Part shown: positions 8,714 through 17,397 of the stretch, piece after piece | How positions within the stretch are numbered: the stretch's first letter is position 1 | Layout: the number at the start of each line of letters is the position of its first letter | Source of the DNA: Aggregatilineales bacterium | GTDB lineage: Bacteria; Chloroflexota; Anaerolineae; Aggregatilineales; Ch27 | DNA: 64,000 nt | Direction of reading: 5' to 3' | Assembly: GCA_029976005.1 (NCBI GenBank) | Contig: JARKOQ010000218.1 | Span: 66,602-130,601 of the forward strand | Made by a program: the position numbers and the translations under genes | Notes under the pieces: model-generated | What the model saw: the letters and a program-made list of their open reading frames with translations, nothing else | The model's database searches: none | Told to the model about the DNA's origin: nothing

Positions 8714-10165
8714 ATGACAATCATCGATCATCGGGTTCTGGTCAACGCGCCGCCGGAGGTCGTCTGGGAGCTTCTGGGCGATCTGTCCGCGCTGCCGAAA
8801 TGGCACGTCAACTGCCAGAACACCAGCATGCTCACCACCCAGCGTCAGGGAGTCGGTGTGCGCCGCCGCAACACGATGAGCAGCGGCCCGGACATCGTCG
8901 AGGAGATTCTGACCTGGTACAACAATCTGGGCTTCGAATACACCGTGGTCGACGGGCCGCGCTACCGCAGCAACCGCGGTCGCCTGCGCTTGCAGGCCAT
9001 CCCCGAAGGCACCGTCGTGCAGTGGACGTTTGAGTACCAGCTTGGCGGCGCGCTGGCCTTCCTGCGGGATTTCTTCCTGCGCCGCCGGTTGAATGACGAG
9101 GCCGTCCGCAGTCTGAAGCGCTTCAAGCAGCTCGTGGAATCGACCGGCATCCGCATGGACGCCGCCACGGTCGAGCGCGTGTCGATGCGCCCCGCCCCCA
9201 GCGTGACCGAGCGGGCGGCCATCGGCGAAGCCACGACCCGCGTGCGCAGCACCAGAGTCGAAGCGCCTCCCCCTCCGGCCGCCGTGTCCGAAGAGACCCA
9301 GGTCACGCTGCCGCCCGAACCGCCTGAGGACGAACCCGTCTGGCAGGCCCCTGCCCCGGTCCTGGACATCGGAGCCGACGATCTGCCGCTGCTGGAGGAA
9401 ACCGGCCCGGAGCCGCCGCTGGCCGAGGAGGATACCCGTCCCCGGCCGCCCGTCGAAAGGCCCACCGAGCCGCGCCCACCCCGCGCAGAATCCCAACCGG
9501 AGACCCGTCCGGAAACAGGCACGACTCCCGACACGCCCCCCCTCGAGCCGGAGGATACCGTGCCCCACGCGCCGGTCGAATTGCCTGCCTTGTTTGAGGA
9601 ATCCGCGAACGATACGCTTCCGGTCGCGCCTCCAACCGGGAATTTCGAAGACCTCAGGGCAGAAGGCCCGGTCGAGCCGGTCGAATTGGCCGAGACGCCC
9701 TACACCGCGCCGGGCGAGCCAACCGTCGAAGTCAAGCCGGAAGCGCAGCCAGAAGCCCCCGTTTGGGCAGAGCAGCCTGAGCCGCCCCGCGCGCAAGAAC
9801 CGGCCGTGTGGCCGGAAATCCCTGCGCAGGAGCCGCCGGTCGTGGTGCCTGAGCCGCCCTCGGTTCTGGAGACTCCGTCCCCTGCCGCCGGGCCGCAAGC
9901 CATCGGGCCGAGCATCTGGGAAGTCTTCGGCGTCATGCCGCCCAGCAGCCAGGAACCGGCCGCCATCCCGGCCGGGCCTGAAGCGGAGCCTGTGCCCGCC
10001 GCCCCCACGGTCGAGCGCGAGACACTGAAGCACCGCCTGGGATTTCACCAGCGAGCGCATCCCGCGCGCCACGGCAACATCGTCCGGGTCCGCTCCGTGC
10101 TCAGGCTCAATGGCCTGCGCGCGCGGCTGGCCCTGCGCCGGGCGCGCCGCCTCTCGCGGCGCTGA
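8714..10165 (+). CDS. SRPBCC (START/polyketide-cyclase-like) domain protein with a long Pro/Glu-rich tail
   Basis: 483 aa. The N-terminal ~150 aa are SRPBCC-like (VNAPPEVVWELLGDLSALPKW...). About 270 aa of P/E/A-rich low complexity follow, ending in an Arg-rich segment. Confidence 0.8.
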   Translation: MTIIDHRVLVNAPPEVVWELLGDLSALPKWHVNCQNTSMLTTQRQGVGVRRRNTMSSGPDIVEEILTWYNNLGFEYTVVDGPRYRSNRGRLRLQAIPEGTVVQWTFEYQLGGALAFLRDFFLRRRLNDEAVRSLKRFKQLVESTGIRMDAATVERVSMRPAPSVTERAAIGEATTRVRSTRVEAPPPPAAVSEETQVTLPPEPPEDEPVWQAPAPVLDIGADDLPLLEETGPEPPLAEEDTRPRPPVERPTEPRPPRAESQPETRPETGTTPDTPPLEPEDTVPHAPVELPALFEESANDTLPVAPPTGNFEDLRAEGPVEPVELAETPYTAPGEPTVEVKPEAQPEAPVWAEQPEPPRAQEPAVWPEIPAQEPPVVVPEPPSVLETPSPAAGPQAIGPSIWEVFGVMPPSSQEPAAIPAGPEAEPVPAAPTVERETLKHRLGFHQRAHPARHGNIVRVRSVLRLNGLRARLALRRARRLSRR

Positions 10166-10177
10166 CCGCGTCAAATG

Positions 10178-10209
10178 AAAAAAGCCGGTCTCAGGGGACC
10201 GGCTTTTTT
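10178..10209. terminator. Bidirectional rho-independent terminator
   Basis: AAAAAA-GCCGGTC-loop-GACCGGC-TTTTTT, lying between the SRPBCC gene (+) and tRNA-His (-). Confidence 0.8.
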
Positions 10210-10213
10210 CTTA

Positions 10214-10288
10214 GGGTGACTGGTGGGATTCGAACCCACGATCTACTGGGCCACAACCAGTCATGTTAACCACTACACCACAGCCACC
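10214..10288 (-). tRNA. tRNA-His (anticodon GTG)
   Basis: Reverse complement folds as a cloverleaf. The 8-bp acceptor stem includes an encoded G-1 paired to C73. Anticodon loop is TT-GTG-GC and T-arm is GTGGG-TTCGAAT-CCCAC. 3' CCA is not encoded. Confidence 0.95.
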
Positions 10289-10344
10289 ACATCGTCAATG
10301 CTGGGCTAGTATAGCATACTCCGCGCCCCAATACCAGAGTGAAT

Positions 10345-11013
10345 TTAGGGCTTTTGCGCCACGACCATGATCGCTTCGCTGCGCGGATAGCTCACCTTCG
10401 CCAGATACAACCGGAAGCCTGCCGCCTTGAACCGGGCGGCCAGGCTCTCCGGCCAGAGGCCATCCGGGCCGGGGCCGCGCTGTCCGGTAATCCGGTAGGC
10501 CCACTCCAGAGCCGCGCGCAGCGGGCCGCCGCCGGTCAGCATCCCCGCCGCCACGATCACCAGCCGCCCGCCGGGCTGAAGCACCCGGTAGACCTCGGCC
10601 AGCGTCGCCGGGTCGAGGATGAACTCCGTGGGGAAGGTCGCCACTACCGCTGGGAAAGACTCCGCCTCAAAAGGAAGCTGCTGGGCCAGACCGCGCGCCA
10701 GCCGCACCGGCAGCCCATGCCGGACCAACTTGCCGCGCGCAAGACGTCCCATCGCGGGCGAAACGTCCAGTCCGACCGGATCGAGGCCCGCCGTCCGCAG
10801 ATCGATCTGCATCCAGCCAGGCCCGTGGGCCAGCTCCAGTACCCGGCTGCCAGGCGGAATTGCCAGCCCGCGCAGCGCGGTGCGCTGCCAGCGCCGCCAG
10901 TCGCCCAGCGAGACAATCCAGCTCACGGCGTCATACGTCCAGGCCAGCTCGTTGTACAGCAGCCGGAAGCCCAGGCTCACGAGCGCCCACCAGGCCCGGT
11001 CCAGCAGCCTCAT
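10345..11013 (-). CDS. Class I SAM-dependent methyltransferase
   Basis: 222 aa from MRLLDRAWW. VLELAHGPG (motif I) and LQPGGRLVIV. ATGA overlap with the upstream gene. The longer 417-aa track ORF is rejected. Confidence 0.85.
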   Translation of the reverse strand: MRLLDRAWWALVSLGFRLLYNELAWTYDAVSWIVSLGDWRRWQRTALRGLAIPPGSRVLELAHGPGWMQIDLRTAGLDPVGLDVSPAMGRLARGKLVRHGLPVRLARGLAQQLPFEAESFPAVVATFPTEFILDPATLAEVYRVLQPGGRLVIVAAGMLTGGGPLRAALEWAYRITGQRGPGPDGLWPESLAARFKAAGFRLYLAKVSYPRSEAIMVVAQKP

Positions 11014-11855
11014 GGCAGGTCGTCGAACCCGATCAGCCGGATGCCTTCCGCCGCGATCACCTCGCGCGTCGCCGGATGAGTCAGCAGGCCCACTTCCCGC
11101 TCGCGCGGCTCCCAGTAGCTGCTGAGGACCGGCCCCTCCGCGTAACCCGGATGGCACATCAGCTCGGTCACCCCGTCCTTGGGCAGGTTGGTGAGGATCA
11201 GGAGCAGATCGCTCAGGGTCGCAGTCCGATCGTAGAAACCTTCCGTGAAATGGGCCGTGGTCTTGTAGGCGGGATGATTTTCGACCAGGTCTTGCAGCGC
11301 CTCGGCCCAGGCCAGGGCCGCCTCGCGCGGCGCGCTGCTGTACATCCACTGCCGCGCCGTCTCCTCCGGGGTGGCTGCCACCGGCACGCGGCGCATCGGG
11401 ACGCGATACTCCCCCGCGATGTCGAGCAGGATGCGCAGTGCCACCGGATGCCACTGCGGCGCGCCGTGATGCGAATCGAGGTGGTGCGGCGGCTGGCCGG
11501 CCAGGGCCACGAAGCGATCCACCTGCGCCCGCAGCTCGCGCTCCAGATCGTCGGCCTGCCAGGTCTGCGCCGCCACCCCCATGCGCTCCGGCCCGCAAAA
11601 ACGGCCGTCCTCGTCCACCAGACTGGGAACCGCCGCCGGGTCGCTCACCGGGCGGCCCTCGGTCAGGTTGAAGTGCACCCCCAGCTCCAGCCGGGGAGCC
11701 TGGGCCAGCGCCAGTTCAACGCCCTGCGGCGCGTCCGGATAGTTGGTCAGCACCGTGCTGGTGGTCACGATCCCGTCCAGGTGAGCCTTGACGATGCCCC
11801 GGTTGATCCCCGGCGCGTGGCCAAGATCATCGGCATTGACGATCAGATCAGGCAT
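11010..11855 (-). CDS. ChbG/HpnK (YdjC) family carbohydrate deacetylase
   Basis: 281 aa. The N-terminus LIVNADDLGHAPGINRGI is diagnostic of the YdjC family. Confidence 0.88.
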   Translation of the reverse strand: MPDLIVNADDLGHAPGINRGIVKAHLDGIVTTSTVLTNYPDAPQGVELALAQAPRLELGVHFNLTEGRPVSDPAAVPSLVDEDGRFCGPERMGVAAQTWQADDLERELRAQVDRFVALAGQPPHHLDSHHGAPQWHPVALRILLDIAGEYRVPMRRVPVAATPEETARQWMYSSAPREAALAWAEALQDLVENHPAYKTTAHFTEGFYDRTATLSDLLLILTNLPKDGVTELMCHPGYAEGPVLSSYWEPREREVGLLTHPATREVIAAEGIRLIGFDDLP

Positions 11856-11889
11856 GACTCGTTCTCTTTCGTGAGTTGTGGAAGGCAGG

Positions 11890-12684
11890 TTACGCCCGGC
11901 TGTCCAGCACCTTGCGCAGCACGTCCGGCCGGTCGGACATGATCAGATCGACGCCCATCTCGCACAGCGCCGTCATACGGTCGGGATCGTTGGCAACCCA
12001 GACGTTCACCCGCCGGTTCTGGCGGTGCTGCTCCACGACGTAGGCCGCGCTGACCATTCGCTGGTCGGGATGATCGGCCTCGGTGGAAACGCCCAGCAGC
12101 AGCGCCCGGCTCAACAGGCGCAGGTGAGCCGGCACGGAGTCTTCGTGCAGGAAACCGATCGGGATACCCGGCGCGGCCTGGCGAAAACGGCGCAGCCGCA
12201 TCGGATTGAACGAGGAAATGATCACCCGCTCGGCCATACCGTGCCGCCGGATGATCTCGGCGACCCTGGCCTCCAGCCCATCCGCCCGGAACGAGAGGCC
12301 CTTCAGTTCGACGTTGACCAGCAGCCGCTTGCCGACCGCCTCGAAGACTTCGTCCAGCGTCGGAATGCGCTCCCCGGCGAACGCCTCGCCCTTGAAACGA
12401 CCTGCGTCCAGCGCCTTGAGTTCGGCCAGCGTGAAGTCCGCAACCCGGCCGTGCCCATCTGTGGTGCCATCAATCGTTTCGTCGTGGATCACCACCACCT
12501 GACCATCCCGCGAGAACATGACGTCCAGTTCGACGCCGTCCGCGCCGTAGTCGGCCGCCAGTTCGAACGCTCGAATGGTGTTCATCGGGGCGTCATAGCT
12601 GGCCCCCCGGTGTCCGAAGCACAGGACACGTCCCTGATACCACGCCTCCAATGGCAGATTCGCAGACAAGACCGCCTCCCTCAT
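11890..12684 (-). CDS. Glycerophosphodiester phosphodiesterase family protein
   Basis: 264 aa with the GDPD motifs FGHRGAS...NT...AFE...GADGVELDV...DGQVVVIHD. Confidence 0.9.
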   Translation of the reverse strand: MREAVLSANLPLEAWYQGRVLCFGHRGASYDAPMNTIRAFELAADYGADGVELDVMFSRDGQVVVIHDETIDGTTDGHGRVADFTLAELKALDAGRFKGEAFAGERIPTLDEVFEAVGKRLLVNVELKGLSFRADGLEARVAEIIRRHGMAERVIISSFNPMRLRRFRQAAPGIPIGFLHEDSVPAHLRLLSRALLLGVSTEADHPDQRMVSAAYVVEQHRQNRRVNVWVANDPDRMTALCEMGVDLIMSDRPDVLRKVLDSRA

Positions 12685-12699
12685 CCCCCGTGGGGCGAG

Positions 12700-13014
12700 C
12701 TAATCCTCGATCAAGACCTGAACCTCATTACCTTCCACCCGCACGTCGAAATGCCGGGTGGGCCGCACCGCCGGCAGGGACAGCGCCTCGCCGGTGCGAA
12801 TGTCGAAGCGGGCGCCGTGGCGCGGGCACTCGATCTGGTAGCCATCCAGATGGCCTTCGGACAGCGGATCGTCGTCGTGAGTGCACTGATCCTCAACGGC
12901 GTAATACCGACCGCCCACGTTGAAGACCACGATGTAGTATCCCTCGATGTCGAAGACATCGCGCCGCCCAGGACCAAGCTGATCGACGCGAGTCACGGTG
13001 AACCACTCCCCCAT
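12700..13014 (-). CDS. Rieske [2Fe-2S] ferredoxin (non-heme iron oxygenase ferredoxin-type)
   Basis: 104 aa from MGEWFTV. CTHDDDPL...CPRHGARF matches CxH...CxxH. The start was chosen inside track ORF 12700..13113. Confidence 0.88.
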   Translation of the reverse strand: MGEWFTVTRVDQLGPGRRDVFDIEGYYIVVFNVGGRYYAVEDQCTHDDDPLSEGHLDGYQIECPRHGARFDIRTGEALSLPAVRPTRHFDVRVEGNEVQVLIED

Positions 13015-13034
13015 TGCCGCTTGCCTTTCCGCGC

Positions 13035-13430
13035 CTATTCCTCGTCCTCGTCCGACCAACCCGGCACGCCGTACACCCCCGCCTTGAGGACCTTGAGCGA
13101 GAGCAGCGCGCACTTCAGCCGGACGGGGGTGAGGGGAATACCCAGTAGGTCGAGGATATCCTGCTTGCTGAAGGCTTTCAGTTCCTCGACCGTCTTGCCG
13201 ATCATCTGCTCGCCCAGCATCGAGGCCGATGCCTGGCTGATGATGCAGCCCGCGCCTTCCCAGCCGACCGCCTTGACCCGGCCCTCCTCATCAAGCTGGA
13301 GGGTCAGGTGCAGGTGATCGCCGCACAGCGGATTGTCATCGCTGACGTCGATGTCCGCAGGTGAAAGCACGCCCTGATTGCGCACGTTCTGCCCGTGGTC
13401 GACGATCATTTCTCGATAAAAGTCATCCAT
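13035..13430 (-). CDS. sufU: SUF system zinc-dependent sulfurtransferase / scaffold SufU
   Basis: 131 aa. NPLCGDHLHL, GAGCIISQASASM and RLKCALL supply the three conserved Cys of SufU/IscU-like proteins. Confidence 0.92.
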   Translation of the reverse strand: MDDFYREMIVDHGQNVRNQGVLSPADIDVSDDNPLCGDHLHLTLQLDEEGRVKAVGWEGAGCIISQASASMLGEQMIGKTVEELKAFSKQDILDLLGIPLTPVRLKCALLSLKVLKAGVYGVPGWSDEDEE

Positions 13431-13445
13431 CTGCCACGCTCGCTC

Positions 13446-14690
13446 TCACAGGGTGAAGACCTGCTTGACTTTGTACAGGGCTTCGATCAGGCTGTCCACT
13501 TCCGACAGCGTATTATACAGGTAGAAGCTGGCGCGGGCCGTCGCTGGCAGGCCAAACCGGTCGTGCAGCGGCATGGCGCAGTGATGGCCCGCCCGGACGG
13601 CCACCCCTTCCGCATCCAAAAGCTGGGCGATGTCGTGCGGATGCAGGCCCCGCAGGGTGAAGGCTGCAACCCCACCCTTCTGCGCAGCGTCCGGCCCGTA
13701 GACGGTCAGACCCGGTACCTCGGCCAGCCGATCCAGGGCATACGCGATCACCTGGTGCTCGTGCGCCTGGATGCGATCCATCCCCACCGCGCTCAGGTAA
13801 TCGACCGCCGCTCCCAGCCCAATGCCTTCGGCAATGGCGGGCGTCCCGGCCTCGAACTTATAGGGCAGGTCGTTCCACTCGCTCCCGCTCAGCCGTACAC
13901 GCCGGATCATGTCCCCACCGCCCAGGAAGGGCGGCATGGCTTCCAGTAAGGCCCGCCGCGCGTACAGCACCCCGATCCCTGTCGGGCCGAGCATCTTGTG
14001 CCCGCTGAACGCGAAGAAGTCCACATCCAGCGCCTGGACGTCCACCGGCAGGTGCGGCGCGCTCTGCGCCCCATCGACCAGGACCAGCGCCCCGGCGTCG
14101 CGCGCCATCGGCACAATTCTGTCCAGGGGGGTGATCGTGCCCAGCACGTTCGACATGTGCGTGATCGCCACCAGCCGGACCGGCTCGTCGCGCAGCAGGC
14201 GGGCGTACGCGTCCATGTCGAGCGTGCCGTCGTCCAGCACGGGCACGGCCACGATCTTCACCCCGGTCTGGGCTGCCAGAAGCTGCCAGGACACGATGTT
14301 GGAGTGGTGCTCCATCTCGGTGATCAGGACGGCATCCTGCGCCCCCAGGTTGGCCCGTCCCCAGGTCTGGGCGACCAGGTTGATGCTCTCGGTTGCATTG
14401 CGCGTGAACACGATCTCGCGCCAGGAGGCCGCGTTGATGAAGGCCCGCACCTTCTTGCGCGCATCTTCATAGGCCTGAGTCGCGTCCTCGCTCAGGCGGT
14501 AGATACCGCGATGCACGTTGGCGTTGGTGGTCCGGTAGTAGCCGTCCATCGCCTCCAACACCTGGCGTGGCTTCTGGCTGGTCGCGGCGTTGTCCAGGTA
14601 GACCAGCGGGACACCCGGCCGCGCTTCCTGCTGCAAGATCGGGAAATCCTCCCGCAGACGTTCGACATCCAATGGCTGAATTAGCGCCAT
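13446..14690 (-). CDS. sufS: Cysteine desulfurase SufS
   Basis: 414 aa from MALIQPLDVERLREDFPIL. PLP-Lys motif FSGHKMLGPTG and catalytic RAGHHCA. The upstream 69 codons of the track ORF are rejected. Confidence 0.93.
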   Translation of the reverse strand: MALIQPLDVERLREDFPILQQEARPGVPLVYLDNAATSQKPRQVLEAMDGYYRTTNANVHRGIYRLSEDATQAYEDARKKVRAFINAASWREIVFTRNATESINLVAQTWGRANLGAQDAVLITEMEHHSNIVSWQLLAAQTGVKIVAVPVLDDGTLDMDAYARLLRDEPVRLVAITHMSNVLGTITPLDRIVPMARDAGALVLVDGAQSAPHLPVDVQALDVDFFAFSGHKMLGPTGIGVLYARRALLEAMPPFLGGGDMIRRVRLSGSEWNDLPYKFEAGTPAIAEGIGLGAAVDYLSAVGMDRIQAHEHQVIAYALDRLAEVPGLTVYGPDAAQKGGVAAFTLRGLHPHDIAQLLDAEGVAVRAGHHCAMPLHDRFGLPATARASFYLYNTLSEVDSLIEALYKVKQVFTL

Positions 14691-14713
14691 TCCACGACTC
14701 CGTTTCTGCATCG

Positions 14714-17284
14714 TCAACCGCCATCGTTCGGCGGGAGCGTGACATCCTGTAAATAGAGCAGACCATCCTGCGCATGCGGCCGGTCGACGTTCACCGGCAG
14801 ACGGGTGATGTCCGGGTATGTATACAACCCGACATACAGCCCAACTGTGCCGGGTGGCACAATTTCCGGATCGAGGTCGATCGCGACGTCGAGCCACCGG
14901 AAGCCGCCTGCGGGCCAGGTCGAGGTCGGATTATCCGCCCCGCCCAGCGGCACGTCTATCTGAGCGACGGCCACCCCGCCGGCGTCAATCAGGTGGGCGA
15001 AGAAGGTATAGTCTTCCCGCGCCGCGCCCAGGGCTTCCCAATACAGCCGCAGCGCGATCTGGCCCCCGGCGGGCGGCTCGACCTCGGCCCTAACCAGACG
15101 CATTCTATCGCCAAAATCCACGACCTGCGGCTGATGTTCGTCATCAACAACCACGCGGGGATTCGTGATCCAGGCGCTGCGGCAGCCCGCCTCGCCTGGA
15201 ATGTCGATGCATTCGCCCTCCGCCGGGTCAAGATGGAGGCTGACGAATGCGCCCCCCTGCGGGACAAGGTCCGTAGTCCAGGCCCGGCCGGGCTGATCCA
15301 CCGCCAGGGCAAATGTCTGAGGCTGACCTTCGAGCGTAGCTTCCAGGGCGCGGTCGTAAGGCCACACGCCCGCCTCGAAGGCCAGCCGGGCCGCGCCCAA
15401 CCCTTCCGGCACGAAGCACGCCACGTCGATCCCCTCGCCGATCCAGCGCATGGCCGGATCGGCCGGATCCGCCCAGCCGCCGGAAGCCGTGCAAGCCGCC
15501 GTCCGCGCGGCCGGGCCGTCCGGGACTTCGAAGATTAGCACGTCCTCGTCGGTATAGACCGGATCGCCTAATACCTGCGGCAGATAGGTTGCCATCAGAT
15601 AGTCCGCGTCGAAGTGGCGGTGGAGGATCACGACCTGCGCCCCACTGGCCCTGAAGATCGCCGCCGCCTGGGCGGGCGAAATCGGTTCGGCGAACCCGGC
15701 CTCGTCGGGCGGGCGGGCCGCCGCGTTGAGCAGGGTCAGCAGGGCCGGATTGGTCGGGGTGTTGCGCACGACGTGTCCGGCGATCACCGGCTGGTGATGG
15801 ATCGTCTGGTAGTACAACAACCAGTTGGCGGTGATATAGTCCCTGGTCGGCAGGTCCAGCACCGGGCGCTCGATCCCCGCCGCGGCCTGCACCGCCAGGG
15901 TTTCCAGGTAGGTGGGGACGGGCACCTCGGTCGTCGGGAACGGAAGGAAAACCGCGTACTCCCCCACGATCAAAGCCGACAGGCCGATCACCGCCCCGCC
16001 CTGCCAGACCGCCCGACTGAGCCAGGCCGCCCGCGCGCTGAGCGCCGCCCAGCCATAGGCCGCCAGCGCCGCCAATCCCACCGCCGTGACAGCGTTGAAG
16101 CGGCCCGGCGTGCGGCCCATTCCCACGCCGGGCAGCAGGCTGTACAGCACGTAGGGCAGCGCGACCTCGGCCGTCTTGCCATCTTCCACCGGGACTTGCA
16201 CCACCCGGTCGCTCGCCTTGAGGACCGGACCCAGGGCGAACAGAATCCCGATCGCGGCCACGGCCAGCCATGGCCGCGCCGCGCGAACTTTCCACACGCC
16301 AACCGCCGCCAGAAGGACGGCGACGAGGCCCAGGTAAGCCATACCTTCGTTGGCCGCGTCGCCCAGCACGTCCCAGCCCCAGGCCGGGATCAGGCCCAGG
16401 GCGCTCACCAGCGGATTGAAGGGGCTGGGCGTGACATAGGCCAGCAGGTCGGTGCTGTACAGCACCACGCCCGATTCCTGCAGGTAGTCCAGCTCGCCGC
16501 GCAGAGCGGCGAGCAGCATGGGGACGTAGAAAACGGCAGCCAGCAATCCGCCCACCGCGAACAGAATCATCGCCCGGCCCAACCACGTCCGCCACTGGCG
16601 GCGATACGCCCAGACCAGCCCGCCGCCGACCAGGATGGTCAGCGGAATCAGCTCATAGACCGGCGCAGGCAACGCAGTCCCGACGGCCAGCCCAAGACAG
16701 ACGCCGCCCAGCACCGCCGTCCGCCAGCCGGCCCCGCGCCACACCCGCAGCAAAGCCCACAGGTACAGCATCCGCCAGTAGTTGGTGATCAGCCCAAGGT
16801 GCGCGGCGGAGGCATGACCCAGCCGGTTCGGGAACGCCATGACAATCAGGCCACCCAGCAGCGCCGCGCCGTGATGGCCGGTCAGCTCGAAGCAAAACAG
16901 GTAAGCCGTCCAGCCGGTTAGCACGAAGCTCAACAGGAAAGCGAGGTTGTAGGCGGTCAGCGGCGAAGCGAACACCGCAAAGGGCAACCCGGTCAGAGTC
17001 GCCACCGGGGTGGCCCACTGGACCGGGCTGAAGAATCCATTTGGGTAGTCAAGCAAAGGCTGCTCGGCGGGGTTGATACCCCGCGCCAGGGCGGTCTGCG
17101 TCCACCAGATCGCACGCACCGACTCGAACTCGTCGCCGTATGGCGCGCCGGCGGCATGGGTTTCGAGCTGCGTGACAAGCGGGTATGTCAGAATCAGAGT
17201 GACCGTCGCGTAGAAGAGCAGCGGCAGCACCCCATGCCTGACCCATTTGACCTGCCAGATCGCCTGAATTCGCTGCACGGGCAA
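14714..17284 (-). CDS. Large polytopic membrane protein, GT-C/PMT-like glycosyltransferase candidate
   Basis: 856 aa. About 500 aa of TM helices are followed by a soluble C-terminal domain (WPAGGFRWLDVAIDL...GLYVGLY). TTG start preceded by GAGG. Function is inferred from architecture only. Confidence 0.8.
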   Translation of the reverse strand: MPVQRIQAIWQVKWVRHGVLPLLFYATVTLILTYPLVTQLETHAAGAPYGDEFESVRAIWWTQTALARGINPAEQPLLDYPNGFFSPVQWATPVATLTGLPFAVFASPLTAYNLAFLLSFVLTGWTAYLFCFELTGHHGAALLGGLIVMAFPNRLGHASAAHLGLITNYWRMLYLWALLRVWRGAGWRTAVLGGVCLGLAVGTALPAPVYELIPLTILVGGGLVWAYRRQWRTWLGRAMILFAVGGLLAAVFYVPMLLAALRGELDYLQESGVVLYSTDLLAYVTPSPFNPLVSALGLIPAWGWDVLGDAANEGMAYLGLVAVLLAAVGVWKVRAARPWLAVAAIGILFALGPVLKASDRVVQVPVEDGKTAEVALPYVLYSLLPGVGMGRTPGRFNAVTAVGLAALAAYGWAALSARAAWLSRAVWQGGAVIGLSALIVGEYAVFLPFPTTEVPVPTYLETLAVQAAAGIERPVLDLPTRDYITANWLLYYQTIHHQPVIAGHVVRNTPTNPALLTLLNAAARPPDEAGFAEPISPAQAAAIFRASGAQVVILHRHFDADYLMATYLPQVLGDPVYTDEDVLIFEVPDGPAARTAACTASGGWADPADPAMRWIGEGIDVACFVPEGLGAARLAFEAGVWPYDRALEATLEGQPQTFALAVDQPGRAWTTDLVPQGGAFVSLHLDPAEGECIDIPGEAGCRSAWITNPRVVVDDEHQPQVVDFGDRMRLVRAEVEPPAGGQIALRLYWEALGAAREDYTFFAHLIDAGGVAVAQIDVPLGGADNPTSTWPAGGFRWLDVAIDLDPEIVPPGTVGLYVGLYTYPDITRLPVNVDRPHAQDGLLYLQDVTLPPNDGG

Positions 17285-17320
17285 CCGTCCTCACGCGCAC
17301 CGGAACCTCGACCGATGGCA

Positions 17321-17329
17321 AGTGTACCA
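17321..17329 (-). promoter_or_regulatory. Extended -10-like element TGGTACACT upstream of the GT-C-like gene / sufS
   Basis: Lies between the sufD terminator and TTG 17284, about 37 nt before the start. Confidence 0.4.
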
Positions 17330-17341
17330 CGCCCCTGCATG

Positions 17342-17380
17342 AAAAACTGCCCTCCGTCCCGACTCCGGGAGAGAGGGCAG
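17342..17380 (-). terminator. Rho-independent terminator after sufD
   Basis: Minus-strand hairpin CTGCCCTC..(inner TCCCG/CGGGA)..GAGGGCAG followed by TTTTT. It begins 18 nt after the sufD stop. Confidence 0.7.
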
Positions 17381-17397
17381 CCTGTTCCAAACGCCAA

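Noticed and set aside
11014-11598. Upstream extension of the methyltransferase ORF (417-aa version). Similar N-terminal extensions exist for sufS, sufC, sufR, fmt, larA, ribF, truB, nrnA, ylxR and DUF1385.
   Set aside because: The extensions overlap the preceding gene or a promoter region and have junk-like composition. Internal starts give family-typical N-termini, usually with an SD or a start/stop overlap.
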